The translations under genes and the position numbers were made by a program. Of a DNA stretch of 52,802 nt, positions 26,653 through 36,899 are shown in pieces; the stretch's first letter is position 1, and every line of letters starts with the position of its first letter. The notes below the pieces were generated by a model. That model worked only from the letters and a program-made list of their open reading frames with translations, made no database searches and was not told the DNA's origin. The DNA is from Rickettsiales bacterium (lineage in GTDB: Bacteria > Pseudomonadota > Alphaproteobacteria > Rickettsiales > JABIRX01), in assembly GCA_018659605.1 (NCBI GenBank), contig JABJMA010000069.1, forward strand, positions 1 to 52,802, in the 5' to 3' direction.

Positions 26653-27816
26653 ATGGAAAAAATACAGCTTACATTTGGCAGTAATTTAAAAAGCTATGAA
26701 ATAGGCGATATTGTTTATATTGCTAAAAATCAGGCTCTTACCCTTTCTTCCGGAGTGTCATTTAATGATGTGCCTGTAGCCTTCCAAAGTTATGGTAAGT
26801 TAAATTCTGATAAATCAAATGCTATTTTACTTTGTCATGCATTAACTGGCGATCAATATGCTGCATCTGATAACCCTGTGACTGGTAAGGAAGGTTGGTG
26901 GAGCTTTATGATCGGCCCAGGCAAGCCTATAGATACTAATAAATATTTTGTGATTTGCGCTAATGTTTTAGGTGGCTGTATGGGGACCTTGGGACCTACA
27001 ACGATCAATGCAGAGACAGGAAAGAGACATGATCTTGATTTTCCAGTTATAACAATTGGCGATATGGTCAAGCTTCAGAAAGCTTTTATTGAAGAACATT
27101 TAGGCATAAGTAAATTATTTGGAGTTATTGGCGGATCTATGGGCGGAATGCTGGTCTTAGAATGGCTCTCAAAATATCCGGAATTTATCAATTTTGCTAT
27201 GCCGTTAGCTACCTCAGCTAGACATAGTTCGCAAAATATTGCCTTTAATGAGGTTGCTAGGCAAAGTATCATTGCCGATCCTGATTGGTGTAATGGTAGC
27301 TATTTAAATTCTCATAAATTTCCAGGTAAGGGCTTATCGGTAGCGCGTATGTCTGCACATATAACATATCTATCTGAGTCTGCTTTAGCACAGAAGTTTG
27401 GACGCAATCTGCAGTCATCCAAGAAGCTATCGTCGCAATTTGGCGTTAATTTTACTGTAGAATCATATTTGCATCATCAGGGCATTAGGTTTGTTGATAG
27501 ATTTGATCCAAATACTTATCTATACCTCACCAAGGCAATGGATTATTTTGATCTTATTGATGAAAATGAGGGTAATTTAAGTAATGCATATATAAATGCA
27601 AATAATGTTAAAGTATGCGCTATTAGCTTTTCAGATGATTGGTTATTTCCGCCAAAGGAGCTAAAGATAGTTACCAGAGCATTAATGATGGCCGGTGTAA
27701 ATATTAGTAGTGTAATCATTGAAAGTAATAGGGGGCATGATAGCTTTTTATTGCCAAATAATGATTTGGAAAGAGTAATAGAAAACTTCATCAATGCAAA
27801 TTATCAAAATGCGTAA
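26653..27816 (+). CDS. metX: Homoserine O-acetyltransferase
   Basis: Alpha/beta hydrolase with LLCHALTGD, nucleophile elbow GGSMGG and the C-terminal GHDSFLL motif. 387 aa. Confidence 0.93.
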   Translation: MEKIQLTFGSNLKSYEIGDIVYIAKNQALTLSSGVSFNDVPVAFQSYGKLNSDKSNAILLCHALTGDQYAASDNPVTGKEGWWSFMIGPGKPIDTNKYFVICANVLGGCMGTLGPTTINAETGKRHDLDFPVITIGDMVKLQKAFIEEHLGISKLFGVIGGSMGGMLVLEWLSKYPEFINFAMPLATSARHSSQNIAFNEVARQSIIADPDWCNGSYLNSHKFPGKGLSVARMSAHITYLSESALAQKFGRNLQSSKKLSSQFGVNFTVESYLHHQGIRFVDRFDPNTYLYLTKAMDYFDLIDENEGNLSNAYINANNVKVCAISFSDDWLFPPKELKIVTRALMMAGVNISSVIIESNRGHDSFLLPNNDLERVIENFINANYQNA

Positions 27817-28504
27817 AGATTTAGAAATTATTAAAAACATTGTGCCAGAATATGCCAAAGTGCTTGATATAGGCTGTGGTAGCGGTGAGTTATTGCAAAT
27901 TCTGCAGAATGAAAAAAGCATATCTGCTATGGGGCTCGAGCTATCAAATAAGAAGGTTATGGAGGCGGTCTCTAAAGGCATCTCGGTAATTCATGGTGAT
28001 GCAGATAATGATTTGCATAATTACCCTACGGATTCGATAGATTTTGCTATTTTAAGCCAAACACTCCAAGCAACAAGAGATCCGAAAGAAGTTATATCGC
28101 AGATATTACGTATTGCTAACTATGCTATCATATCTGTGCCGAACTTTGGCTTTGTAATGAATAGGTTATATCTTGGTTTTAAAGGGCGTATGCCAGTCAC
28201 AAAGAAGTTACCATTTGAATGGTATAACACCCCCAATATACATTTTTGTACAATTAAGGATTTTGAGCTACTTGTTGATGACTTAGCCTGCAGAATAGAG
28301 AAAAGATATTTTATATATGATGGAATTTTTAGCTTTTTACAAAATTTGAATATCACCTGGGGCGCTAATTTATTAGCCCCAAATGCAGTTTTCCTAATTT
28401 CTAAAGCTTCAACTATGAATAATAAATTGCAAAATAAATCACTTAAGGAGATTAATATAGAAAGTAATATTGTGCTGGCCCAATCAAAAGTTAATAATGT
28501 CTAG
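27794..28504 (+). CDS. metW: Methionine biosynthesis protein MetW
   Basis: SAM-methyltransferase-like VLDIGCGSGELL and conserved MetW length, immediately after metX. The start may instead be the ATG at 27809 (MRKDLEIIKN...). Confidence 0.9.
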   Translation: MQIIKMRKDLEIIKNIVPEYAKVLDIGCGSGELLQILQNEKSISAMGLELSNKKVMEAVSKGISVIHGDADNDLHNYPTDSIDFAILSQTLQATRDPKEVISQILRIANYAIISVPNFGFVMNRLYLGFKGRMPVTKKLPFEWYNTPNIHFCTIKDFELLVDDLACRIEKRYFIYDGIFSFLQNLNITWGANLLAPNAVFLISKASTMNNKLQNKSLKEINIESNIVLAQSKVNNV

Positions 28505-28513
28505 AGGTAAGTA

Positions 28514-29923
28514 ATGGCAATTATAGATGAGCTTTTAAATAAGCTAAAAGAGCAAAATATAAAATTTGTAGATTTTAGATTTACGGATAGTCTGGGAGGT
28601 TGGCATAACATATCTTATGAGGTCAGTAATATAAATCAGGGTATTTTAGAAAATGGAATCGTTTTTAACGGTGCATCAGTTAAGGGGTGGCAGGATATTT
28701 CGGAATCTGATATGATATTAAAACCTGATCCATTAAGTTTTTGTGTAGATGCTTTTGCATCAGAGCCTACTGCAATTTTAATTTGTAATGTATTATGTAC
28801 AAATACAATGCAAGATTATAATAGGGATCCTCGAAGTATAGCCGTGCGAGCTGAGAAATATCTAATGAATAGTGCAATAGGTAATAATGTTTATTTTGGT
28901 ACGGAGTTAGAGTTTTTTATTTTTGATGATGTGAAATTCTATAATGAGGGGCATAAATCTGGATTTGCCGTTGACTCAGAGGAGCACCCCTCTAATAGCG
29001 ATCGAAAGTACGATTCTGGTAATTTGGGGCATAGACAAAGATTTGCAAATAGTTATTACCCTGTTCAGCCAATAGACTCTAGCAGTGATATTAGAAGCGA
29101 AATAACGGAAGTATTAAAGGGTATGGGAGTATGGGTTCGTCACCATCGCCATGAAGCATCACCAGCCCAAAATGAATTAGGATTGAATGCTAATACCTTA
29201 CTCAATATTGCTGATGATATTCAGAAATGCAAATATGTTGTGCGTAATGTTGCTCGTTCATTTGGAAAAACTGCAACATTCATGCCTAAGCCTCTTGGTG
29301 ATGGCTGTGGTAGCAGTATGTCTTTACAACAATCAATTATTAAGGCAGGCAAGAATCTTTTTTTTGGTAATTATTATGCAGGCCTTTCTTCCGAAGCTCT
29401 ATATTATATCGGCGGTATTCTAAAGCATAGTAGGGCTTTAAATGCCTTTACTAATCCTTCGACTAACTCATATAAAAGATTTATCAGCGGAAGCTCTGTT
29501 CCAACAATCATATCTTATTCTGATATGAATCGATCTACAACAGTTAAGGTTCCTTATGCAGCCACTGCAAAGGATAAAAGGATTGAGGTTAGATATCCAG
29601 ATCCAAGTGCCAACCCTTATCTTGCTATGGCGGCAATGTTAATGGCGGGTTTAGATGGTATCGTTAACCGGATTCATCCAGGTGATCCTGAAGAGCGTAA
29701 TTTATACTCTTTACCTAAGTCAGAATTGTTAAAAAAAGATAATATTGCTACAACATTAGAAGAGGCAATAAACTCTTTAGATAAAGACAGAGAGTTTTTA
29801 TTGCAAGGTAGGGTATTTACCAATGATCAAATAGATAGCTATATAAAATTAAAGAGGGAAGAGGTGGAGGCTATTAAATCACAACCTCATCCAATAGAAT
29901 ATCAGAATTATTATAGTTGTTAA
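28514..29923 (+). CDS. glnA: Glutamine synthetase, type I
   Basis: 469 aa with GTELEFFIFD, HHRHEASPAQNE, NPSTNSYKR and RIEVRYPDPSANPYL. The NLYSLP adenylylation-site context is present. Confidence 0.95.
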   Translation: MAIIDELLNKLKEQNIKFVDFRFTDSLGGWHNISYEVSNINQGILENGIVFNGASVKGWQDISESDMILKPDPLSFCVDAFASEPTAILICNVLCTNTMQDYNRDPRSIAVRAEKYLMNSAIGNNVYFGTELEFFIFDDVKFYNEGHKSGFAVDSEEHPSNSDRKYDSGNLGHRQRFANSYYPVQPIDSSSDIRSEITEVLKGMGVWVRHHRHEASPAQNELGLNANTLLNIADDIQKCKYVVRNVARSFGKTATFMPKPLGDGCGSSMSLQQSIIKAGKNLFFGNYYAGLSSEALYYIGGILKHSRALNAFTNPSTNSYKRFISGSSVPTIISYSDMNRSTTVKVPYAATAKDKRIEVRYPDPSANPYLAMAAMLMAGLDGIVNRIHPGDPEERNLYSLPKSELLKKDNIATTLEEAINSLDKDREFLLQGRVFTNDQIDSYIKLKREEVEAIKSQPHPIEYQNYYSC

Positions 29924-29944
29924 ATTATATTAATAAGCAGGAAT

Positions 29945-30412
29945 ATGGATAAGCTACAAATCAAAATTAGAAAAGCTAGTAAGGAGGATGTTCCAGATAT
30001 TGTGCGCATTATATCCGATAATCCCATAGGTGCATTAAGAGAAGATTTTCAGGAGAATATTCCAAATAGTTATTATGTGGCTTTTGATAGAATTGATCAG
30101 GATATTAATCAATTATTGGTGGTGGCAGAAATAAAATCTAATATTGTTGGAACATTGCAGATTAGCTTTATTTCAAATATGAGTGTTAAAGGCGCCTATA
30201 GAGCATTAATTGAAGGAATGCATGTTGATAGTAAGTATAGAGGAGAAGGAGTTGGAACATTCATGATGGAATGGGCAATTAATAAGGCCAGACAAAAAGG
30301 CTGTAATATTGCTCAATTAACTAGCAATAAGGAGCGTATTGATGCGCATAGATTTTATTCTAGACTTGGTTTTGTTGCAACTCATGAGGGGTTTAAGCTT
30401 GCTTTAACATAG
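29945..30412 (+). CDS. GNAT family N-acetyltransferase
   Basis: Acetyl-CoA motif A region HVDSKYRGEGVGTFMMEWAINKARQKG. 155 aa. Confidence 0.8.
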   Translation: MDKLQIKIRKASKEDVPDIVRIISDNPIGALREDFQENIPNSYYVAFDRIDQDINQLLVVAEIKSNIVGTLQISFISNMSVKGAYRALIEGMHVDSKYRGEGVGTFMMEWAINKARQKGCNIAQLTSNKERIDAHRFYSRLGFVATHEGFKLALT

Positions 30413-30517
30413 TGAATATAACTGCTTATATTCTATCAATTCAGCAATAATTATTTTTTACAAATTTAAATTTAATTTTAAGCTGCTAAGAAACTGTGCT
30501 ATTAATGCTATTAAATT

Positions 30518-31474
30518 ATGTATAAGAAAATACTTGTTATAAAACATGGTGCTTTAGGCGATATATTTATGGCATTGGGCGCTTTTAAAGCTATACGAAA
30601 GCACCATCAAGATGCTAAGGTTATTTTACTTACTACGAAACCATTTATAAAATTAGCAAGGAAGATGGGCTATTTCGATGAGGTGTGGTATGATAATAGA
30701 TCACCATGGTGGGACTTTAAATCCACAATAGGTATATATCGCAAATTACATGGTAATGGCAAAGTGCCTTTTGATAGGGTGTATGATTTGCAAAATTCAA
30801 CAAGAAGTCGTGGTTATTACAAGCTTCTAAAATCTCCTAAGCCAGAATGGGTTGGCAATGTACATGGTTGTTCACACCATCATCCGCGTGATACATATAA
30901 ACATCATCATATAAAAGATTATTATAATATCTTATTTAAGGACACGGGAGTTAAAAATATACCTAATGGTGAGATATCATGGCTTAAGAGTGATATAGGT
31001 AAATATGACCTTGGGTCAGATGATTTTGCTATATTCATACCTGGTTGCTCTAAAGGTAACCCAGATAAGAGATGGTCTGCTGCAAATTTTGCTCATATTA
31101 ATACGTATCTTAAAGCACGTAATATAAAAGCTGTGTTAATTGGTCGTGAAGATGATAGGGATATTATAAATGATATTATTGAGAAATCGGGTGAAGATCA
31201 AAATAATTTAATAAATTTAATTAATGAAACATCACTAGATGATTTAGCGGAAATAGGCAGGAGGTCTAAATTTATTTTAGGTGGTGATACAGGGCCAATG
31301 CACATTGTTTCATATTTGGAAATACCAATTATTATGTTTTTCTCAGGGCAATCATTATTTGATTTAGTGTCTCCTAGGGGGCAGAATGTCACTTTAATTC
31401 ATGAGAAGTCATTACGGGATCTTAAGGCTGATCACGTTATTAAATTAATAAATAGCCATACGGATATCAGATAG
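30518..31474 (+). CDS. Glycosyltransferase family 9 (LPS heptosyltransferase-like)
   Basis: N-terminal ILVIKHGALGDIFMAL and C-terminal GGDTGPMHIVSYLEIPIIMFF, both typical of GT9. Confidence 0.8.
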   Translation: MYKKILVIKHGALGDIFMALGAFKAIRKHHQDAKVILLTTKPFIKLARKMGYFDEVWYDNRSPWWDFKSTIGIYRKLHGNGKVPFDRVYDLQNSTRSRGYYKLLKSPKPEWVGNVHGCSHHHPRDTYKHHHIKDYYNILFKDTGVKNIPNGEISWLKSDIGKYDLGSDDFAIFIPGCSKGNPDKRWSAANFAHINTYLKARNIKAVLIGREDDRDIINDIIEKSGEDQNNLINLINETSLDDLAEIGRRSKFILGGDTGPMHIVSYLEIPIIMFFSGQSLFDLVSPRGQNVTLIHEKSLRDLKADHVIKLINSHTDIR

Positions 31475-32440
31475 ATGGATATATCAATTATTATTACTCT
31501 TTATAATAAGTCAGAATATATATCAAATACCGTCCAGTCCGCTCTTGAATTAGATGATGGCTATACCAAGGAAATAATTATAGTTGATGATAATTCGCAG
31601 GATAGCTCTTGTGAGATTGTTCGGGCAATTGCTAAGCAGCATAATAATGTAATTTTAATTTCCAGCAATGATAATAAAGGCCCTGCAACTCGTTTAAATC
31701 AGGGTGTTAATGCAGCTAGGGGCAAATATTTATTATTTTTAGATGGAGATGATTTACTGCCAGCGAATATATGTAAAATCTTAATACCAATTATCATTAG
31801 TAATAAAGCAGATTTTTTATATGGGAAAAGACTTAATAGCGAATTGCAGAAAGATACAAACTACATCTTGCCTGCTCAGGTAAATTACAAAATCTCTTAT
31901 AATCCAATTAAGACTGTTTTAAACGGCAAATATGTTAGAACAAATCTCATTTGTTTACGCGAAACATTTCTTTATGCAGGTGGTTGTGAGAAAAAAATAT
32001 TTATCCAAGATGAATCACTGCCTTTAAACTTGGCGTTAGTATCTAAAATATTTATCTCAATAGATGATTATATGGTGATAGCACCTTTTGATGATAATCA
32101 CTCAAAAGATAGTAACAAACTATCTGCAAATTCTAGACAGGAAAATTATGATCGTTTCTTTGCTTATTATTATAATATTGAGCAATCATTAAAACTTGAT
32201 TTTGGGCTAAGGCGTAAATTTTATTTAAGGATTTTATCGAGTTATTGGAAGTTTATGCGTAAAAATTCTCCTAGTAGCGATACAACATTATTAACTAAGA
32301 TAAAAAGAATGATTAATTTGGTTACTATATTTCTTATTTATAATTTTTATAAGATGATTTATCTAAAGCCATCTTTAATGATTTTACATCATATAAGCAA
32401 GAAATTGCTTTTAGAAAAAGGCATAAGGCGGAATTTATAA
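31475..32440 (+). CDS. Glycosyltransferase family 2
   Basis: ISIIITLYNKSEYI, IIIVDDNSQDSS and LLFLDGDD (DxD) motifs. Confidence 0.8.
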   Translation: MDISIIITLYNKSEYISNTVQSALELDDGYTKEIIIVDDNSQDSSCEIVRAIAKQHNNVILISSNDNKGPATRLNQGVNAARGKYLLFLDGDDLLPANICKILIPIIISNKADFLYGKRLNSELQKDTNYILPAQVNYKISYNPIKTVLNGKYVRTNLICLRETFLYAGGCEKKIFIQDESLPLNLALVSKIFISIDDYMVIAPFDDNHSKDSNKLSANSRQENYDRFFAYYYNIEQSLKLDFGLRRKFYLRILSSYWKFMRKNSPSSDTTLLTKIKRMINLVTIFLIYNFYKMIYLKPSLMILHHISKKLLLEKGIRRNL

Positions 32441-33565
32441 ATGGATAAAAAGATTGCAGTTATATTGCCAAGAATTGAAGGATTTAGTGAAGCTGATTTT
32501 GGCGCTATAACTTTATGTATTAAGGATAATTACTTATTCTCACAATATAAATCAAATATTACAATCTTTGGAGGAAAAACCAAACAAGAAGAGTCTTATC
32601 AAGGGGTAAATTATCGTTATATTCCTACAGAGCGTTTAAGGCATTTATGTCTTTCAAAAAATAAGGCATTTGCTAAAGAGTTAATCAATATACTTAAAAA
32701 GGAAAAATTTGATTTAGTAGAAGTTCACAATAGATCAAAAGTTGCTAAATACCTGTCTAAACATCTTTCTATTCCAATCTGTCAGCATTTACATAATGAT
32801 ATTAATGATGATGCGAAGTCCCAGGACAACCTAGAATTTCGTCGCAATGTTTTAAGTTTTAGTGAGCATATTTACTGTGTTTCAGATTATGTCCGGCAAA
32901 GGCTCTTAGAAGGGTTGCCTGAATTTCAGGATAAAGCATCTATAGTTTATAATGGTCTTGATATAGAAGCTTTCTCAAATGATTCTCAAGCGATAAAAAC
33001 TAATAAGATTATTTTTGTTGGAAGAATTACCAAAGAGAAGGGGGCTTTGGAATCACTGCATGCAATAAATCAATTATTTGATCAATTAAATGACTGGGAG
33101 GCTGTTTTTATAGGGGGTTTTTCAAAAAAATATTATGCTTATATTGAGGAGTTTAAAGCTGGATTAAATAAACATCCAAAAAGGGTAAGGCATTATACTC
33201 ATATGGAATTTAACGATGTTATGAAGCAAATGTTTTCGTCCAAGATTGCAGTTTTGCCTTCGCAATGGGAGGAGCCATTTGGTAGAACAGTTTTGGAGGC
33301 TATCATAGCTAAATTAGCTATTGTGACTTGTAAATCTGGAGGGATACCAGAGATATCAGGGGCTAATGCATTATATGCTAAAAAACAAAATATTGAATCC
33401 TTAATAGAAAATATTCGGCATTTTATCGATGATCAAGAATTGAGATGTAAATATTCAGCTAAGGCATTAAAAGAATCTAAAAAGAAGTTTAATATTAGAG
33501 TTACAACTAAGAAATTAGATGATATACGTAGAGATATTTTAAACGATGCAAAAGAGAATATTTGA
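32441..33565 (+). CDS. Glycosyltransferase family 4 (GT-B fold)
   Basis: C-terminal EEPFGRTVLEAIIAKLAIVTCKSGGIPEI motif (E-x7-E type). Confidence 0.8.
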   Translation: MDKKIAVILPRIEGFSEADFGAITLCIKDNYLFSQYKSNITIFGGKTKQEESYQGVNYRYIPTERLRHLCLSKNKAFAKELINILKKEKFDLVEVHNRSKVAKYLSKHLSIPICQHLHNDINDDAKSQDNLEFRRNVLSFSEHIYCVSDYVRQRLLEGLPEFQDKASIVYNGLDIEAFSNDSQAIKTNKIIFVGRITKEKGALESLHAINQLFDQLNDWEAVFIGGFSKKYYAYIEEFKAGLNKHPKRVRHYTHMEFNDVMKQMFSSKIAVLPSQWEEPFGRTVLEAIIAKLAIVTCKSGGIPEISGANALYAKKQNIESLIENIRHFIDDQELRCKYSAKALKESKKKFNIRVTTKKLDDIRRDILNDAKENI

Positions 33566-34850
33566 TTATTTAGGCCTGGGATTAATTTTAATAATTCCGA
33601 TCGCAACATTTATTGGTAAGGCAGTAATTGATATAAATTTATCTCTTATTGCGGTTATTTTCCTAATCAAAATTATCGTAGAAAAAGACTATAGTGTTTT
33701 TAACCAAAAATGGTTTAAAATCTTATTAGTTTTTTGGGTTTATTTAGTTTTTATATCGCTATTTGCTAAATATCCTGAAATTGCCTTTAAAAGGTCAATC
33801 CCATGGATACGTTTTCCTGTTTTTGCTTTAGCCCTGTCGCAGTGGGTTTTTAAAGAACGTACAAATGTTATTTTATTCTTTAAATCATTATTACTGACAT
33901 TAATTTTTATATATTTTGATAGTTTCTGGCAGATTGTGACAGGCACTGATTTATTTGGAGTTAATGCAGGTATGACAGGTGATGATAAATCAGCATTGTT
34001 AATTACAGCTTTTCTAAAAGATCACATTTTAGGCTTTCATATTACTTTTTTGGCATTCCCTTTGTTGATTTATATGTTTGATAGGGCGCTTTCTAAGGAG
34101 TTATCATATCGCAAAAAGATATTATATATTGTGTTTATAGGCATAACATTTGTAATTGTTACTTTTTCTGGTGATAGAATGGCATGGCTATTAATGTGTT
34201 TTGGCATTTTGATAACATTATTATTTTATCAAAATTATCGGCGCTATATTATATATGTGATGGTCATTGGGGTATTAGGACTTGCATCAATTTTTTTCAT
34301 TAAGCCAGAAGTTTTCAATCGTCAGATTGTAATGACATATAATGACCTTAGTAACTTTTGGAGCTCTTCCTATGGTTTAAATTTTAAGAATGGATATGCT
34401 GTAGGTAAAACTAGTCCAATTATTGGTGTAGGAGCCAAACATTATCGTTATATTTTACAGGAGGATATATGTGGTATTCCTCATGATATGACAATGCCGA
34501 TGGAGGAGGTTCGTAAAATATGCCCAGGACATTATACTCATCCGCATAATTTCTATGTTGAGATTTTTGCTGAGGCAGGAATTATAGGGCTGCTAATATT
34601 CTTATATTTTCTTTATGAGATATATCGGAATCTCTATAAAGAACGCAAATTGTTGAATAAGAATCCTATTTTATTTGGTGCAGCTTTAACTTTTTTCTTA
34701 AGATTCTGGCCTATAGCTTCAAGCTCAAGCTTTTATGCAGCCTGGACCGTTTCTTCAGGCTGGTTAATGGTTGGTTTATTATATGCAATTATACAAATAG
34801 ATAAGGATGGTAATATAAAAATTTGGAATGATGGAAATAAACGCGCGTGA
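33546..34850 (+). CDS. O-antigen ligase / Wzy_C family membrane protein
   Basis: About 11 TM helices and a periplasmic loop followed by HPHNFYVEIFAEAGIIGLLIF, typical of the WaaL/O-antigen ligase family. Confidence 0.7.
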   Translation: MQKRIFDYLGLGLILIIPIATFIGKAVIDINLSLIAVIFLIKIIVEKDYSVFNQKWFKILLVFWVYLVFISLFAKYPEIAFKRSIPWIRFPVFALALSQWVFKERTNVILFFKSLLLTLIFIYFDSFWQIVTGTDLFGVNAGMTGDDKSALLITAFLKDHILGFHITFLAFPLLIYMFDRALSKELSYRKKILYIVFIGITFVIVTFSGDRMAWLLMCFGILITLLFYQNYRRYIIYVMVIGVLGLASIFFIKPEVFNRQIVMTYNDLSNFWSSSYGLNFKNGYAVGKTSPIIGVGAKHYRYILQEDICGIPHDMTMPMEEVRKICPGHYTHPHNFYVEIFAEAGIIGLLIFLYFLYEIYRNLYKERKLLNKNPILFGAALTFFLRFWPIASSSSFYAAWTVSSGWLMVGLLYAIIQIDKDGNIKIWNDGNKRA

Positions 34851-36279
34851 TATTGAGAATATTAGTAATGCAAAAATATGTGTTATTGGAGATATTATCT
34901 TAGATAATTTTGTCTATGGATCAGTTGATAGAATATCACCTGAGGCACCGATTCCCGTTCTCAATCAGACAAAAAGTAATTATGTATTAGGTGGAGCTGG
35001 TAATGTTGTAGCAAATATGTCTTCGCTAGGAGCTAATGTGAAGTTTATATCAGTCATAGGAGATGATGAAGCGGGAGCAAAGATCAGAAATATAATTGAT
35101 GTAGAGGAGAATATTTCTACTATCTTTATTACAGATAAGGCAAAACTAACGCCGGTTAAAACTAGATATATTGCCGGTACTCAGCATTTGTTGAGGGTAG
35201 ATGAAGAGGTTAAGGGTTTTATTTCCCAGCAAAGTGAGACGGTGATTTTAAAAAACTTAACAGAAATCTTAAATCATTATCAAATAATTGTTTTATCTGA
35301 TTATCAGAAAGGTACCATCAGTGATAATTTGGCATGTAAGATTATTTCAATTGCTAATGAAAAAGGAGTTAAGGTTATCATAGATTCTAAAAAACGTGAT
35401 TTATCATGTTTTAGTGGCAGCTATTTGATTACTCCAAATTACAAGGAGTTTTGTGATTTAGTAGGGTTTGAGATATCATTAAATGAGATTGAGACTGCCG
35501 CAAAAAATATCTGCCAGAAATATAAGATTACTAATGTCTTAGTTACCTTGGGTAAGGATGGTATGTATCTGGTCAAAGAACAAGGCAAGTCACTGCATAT
35601 CCCATCAGTAGCAAAAGAGGTCTTCGATGTGACGGGTGCTGGAGATACTGTGGTTGCCACGATAGCATCAGCTATTGCATCTGGTCTTGATATTGAACAA
35701 TCTATTTATTTAGCAAATAAGGCCGCAGGAATCGTAGTTGAGCGTTTAGGCACGGCTAGAATCTATAAAACTGATCTTAAAAAGGTGATTTTAGGAGATG
35801 TTAATAAATTAACAAAACTTAAACCACGTAAAGAGATTTTTGAAGAGACGGCAATGTTAAAACTTCAAGGTAAAAAGGTGGGCTTCACTAATGGTTGTTT
35901 TGATATTTTACATCCAGGTCATGTAAAATTAATTCAAGAGGCTAAGAGTCAATGTGATATTTTGGTAATGGGTTTAAATAGTGATAGTTCGGTAAAAAGA
36001 TTAAAAGGTGAAGATCGGCCAATTAACGATGAAATGTCGCGGGCAATTATTTTAGCTTCACTTGCTGAAATTGATTATATTGTTTTATTTAGTGAGGATA
36101 CGCCACTAGAGCTGATTAGGTCGATTATTCCAGATGTTCTGATTAAAGGTAGTGATTATAAAGTTGAGGAGGTTGTAGGTGCAGATATAGTAACCCAGAA
36201 TGGAGGTAGGATATATTTGGTAGATTTAGAAGCTGGAAAAAGTACAACAAAAATTATTAAGAAGATAAATGCAAAATAA
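34828..36279 (+). CDS. hldE: Bifunctional D-beta-D-heptose 7-phosphate kinase / heptose 1-phosphate adenylyltransferase
   Basis: N-terminal ribokinase-like domain (SPEAPIPVL, DVTGAGDTV) and C-terminal cytidylyltransferase domain (FTNGCFDILHPGHVKLI). Confidence 0.92.
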   Translation: MMEINARDIENISNAKICVIGDIILDNFVYGSVDRISPEAPIPVLNQTKSNYVLGGAGNVVANMSSLGANVKFISVIGDDEAGAKIRNIIDVEENISTIFITDKAKLTPVKTRYIAGTQHLLRVDEEVKGFISQQSETVILKNLTEILNHYQIIVLSDYQKGTISDNLACKIISIANEKGVKVIIDSKKRDLSCFSGSYLITPNYKEFCDLVGFEISLNEIETAAKNICQKYKITNVLVTLGKDGMYLVKEQGKSLHIPSVAKEVFDVTGAGDTVVATIASAIASGLDIEQSIYLANKAAGIVVERLGTARIYKTDLKKVILGDVNKLTKLKPRKEIFEETAMLKLQGKKVGFTNGCFDILHPGHVKLIQEAKSQCDILVMGLNSDSSVKRLKGEDRPINDEMSRAIILASLAEIDYIVLFSEDTPLELIRSIIPDVLIKGSDYKVEEVVGADIVTQNGGRIYLVDLEAGKSTTKIIKKINAK

Positions 36280-36829
36280 AGATCATACTAACAAGTTTGA
36301 AGATTTGTTCTATTCAATACCTAAATATGCTCGGGATATTCAGGTTAATATTCGATCTGTGTTAAATCCTGATCATGCTCCACTTGATCAAAAATTACTA
36401 ATTGGCATTGCGTTAGCATCTGGTTATGCAGCTGGAAATCACAAAGTTGAAGAGGCTTTATTGGAAACAGCAGAATATTTATTAGATAGCAAGACTATAG
36501 ATGTTATTAAATCTGCCACATCAATTATGGCAATGAGTAATATGTATCATAGATTTACGAGTTTGGTATCAGATGAAGAATATTCTAGGCTACCAATTGG
36601 TCTTCGAATGAATGTCATTTGTGATCACGGTATTCCAAAGCGTGAATTCGAATTATATTCTTTCGCTATTGCAGTGGTAAATGGCTGCCGGGTTTCTATT
36701 GATACTCATGAGAGGACCTTAAAAAAGGAAGGGGTTAGACGCGAGCAGATCCAGCACGCAGCTAAAATAGCTTCAGTAATTTATGCCCTAGCTAGAGTAA
36801 TTGAGATTGATACTCCAGCTAATTCATAA
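36269..36829 (+). CDS. AhpD-like alkylhydroperoxidase (carboxymuconolactone decarboxylase family) with a CxxS variant motif
   Basis: GLRMNVI...FELYSFAIAVVNGCRVSIDTHERTLKKEGVRREQI aligns with my recollection of M. tuberculosis AhpD (GLRMN...[25 protein letters not shown]). Confidence 0.75.
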   Translation: MQNKDHTNKFEDLFYSIPKYARDIQVNIRSVLNPDHAPLDQKLLIGIALASGYAAGNHKVEEALLETAEYLLDSKTIDVIKSATSIMAMSNMYHRFTSLVSDEEYSRLPIGLRMNVICDHGIPKREFELYSFAIAVVNGCRVSIDTHERTLKKEGVRREQIQHAAKIASVIYALARVIEIDTPANS

Positions 36830-36899
36830 ATTCTTCTTGTATAAGCAGAATTTTTAGGGACAACTTATTAGTTCTTGTATAGATTATATATAAAATAAT

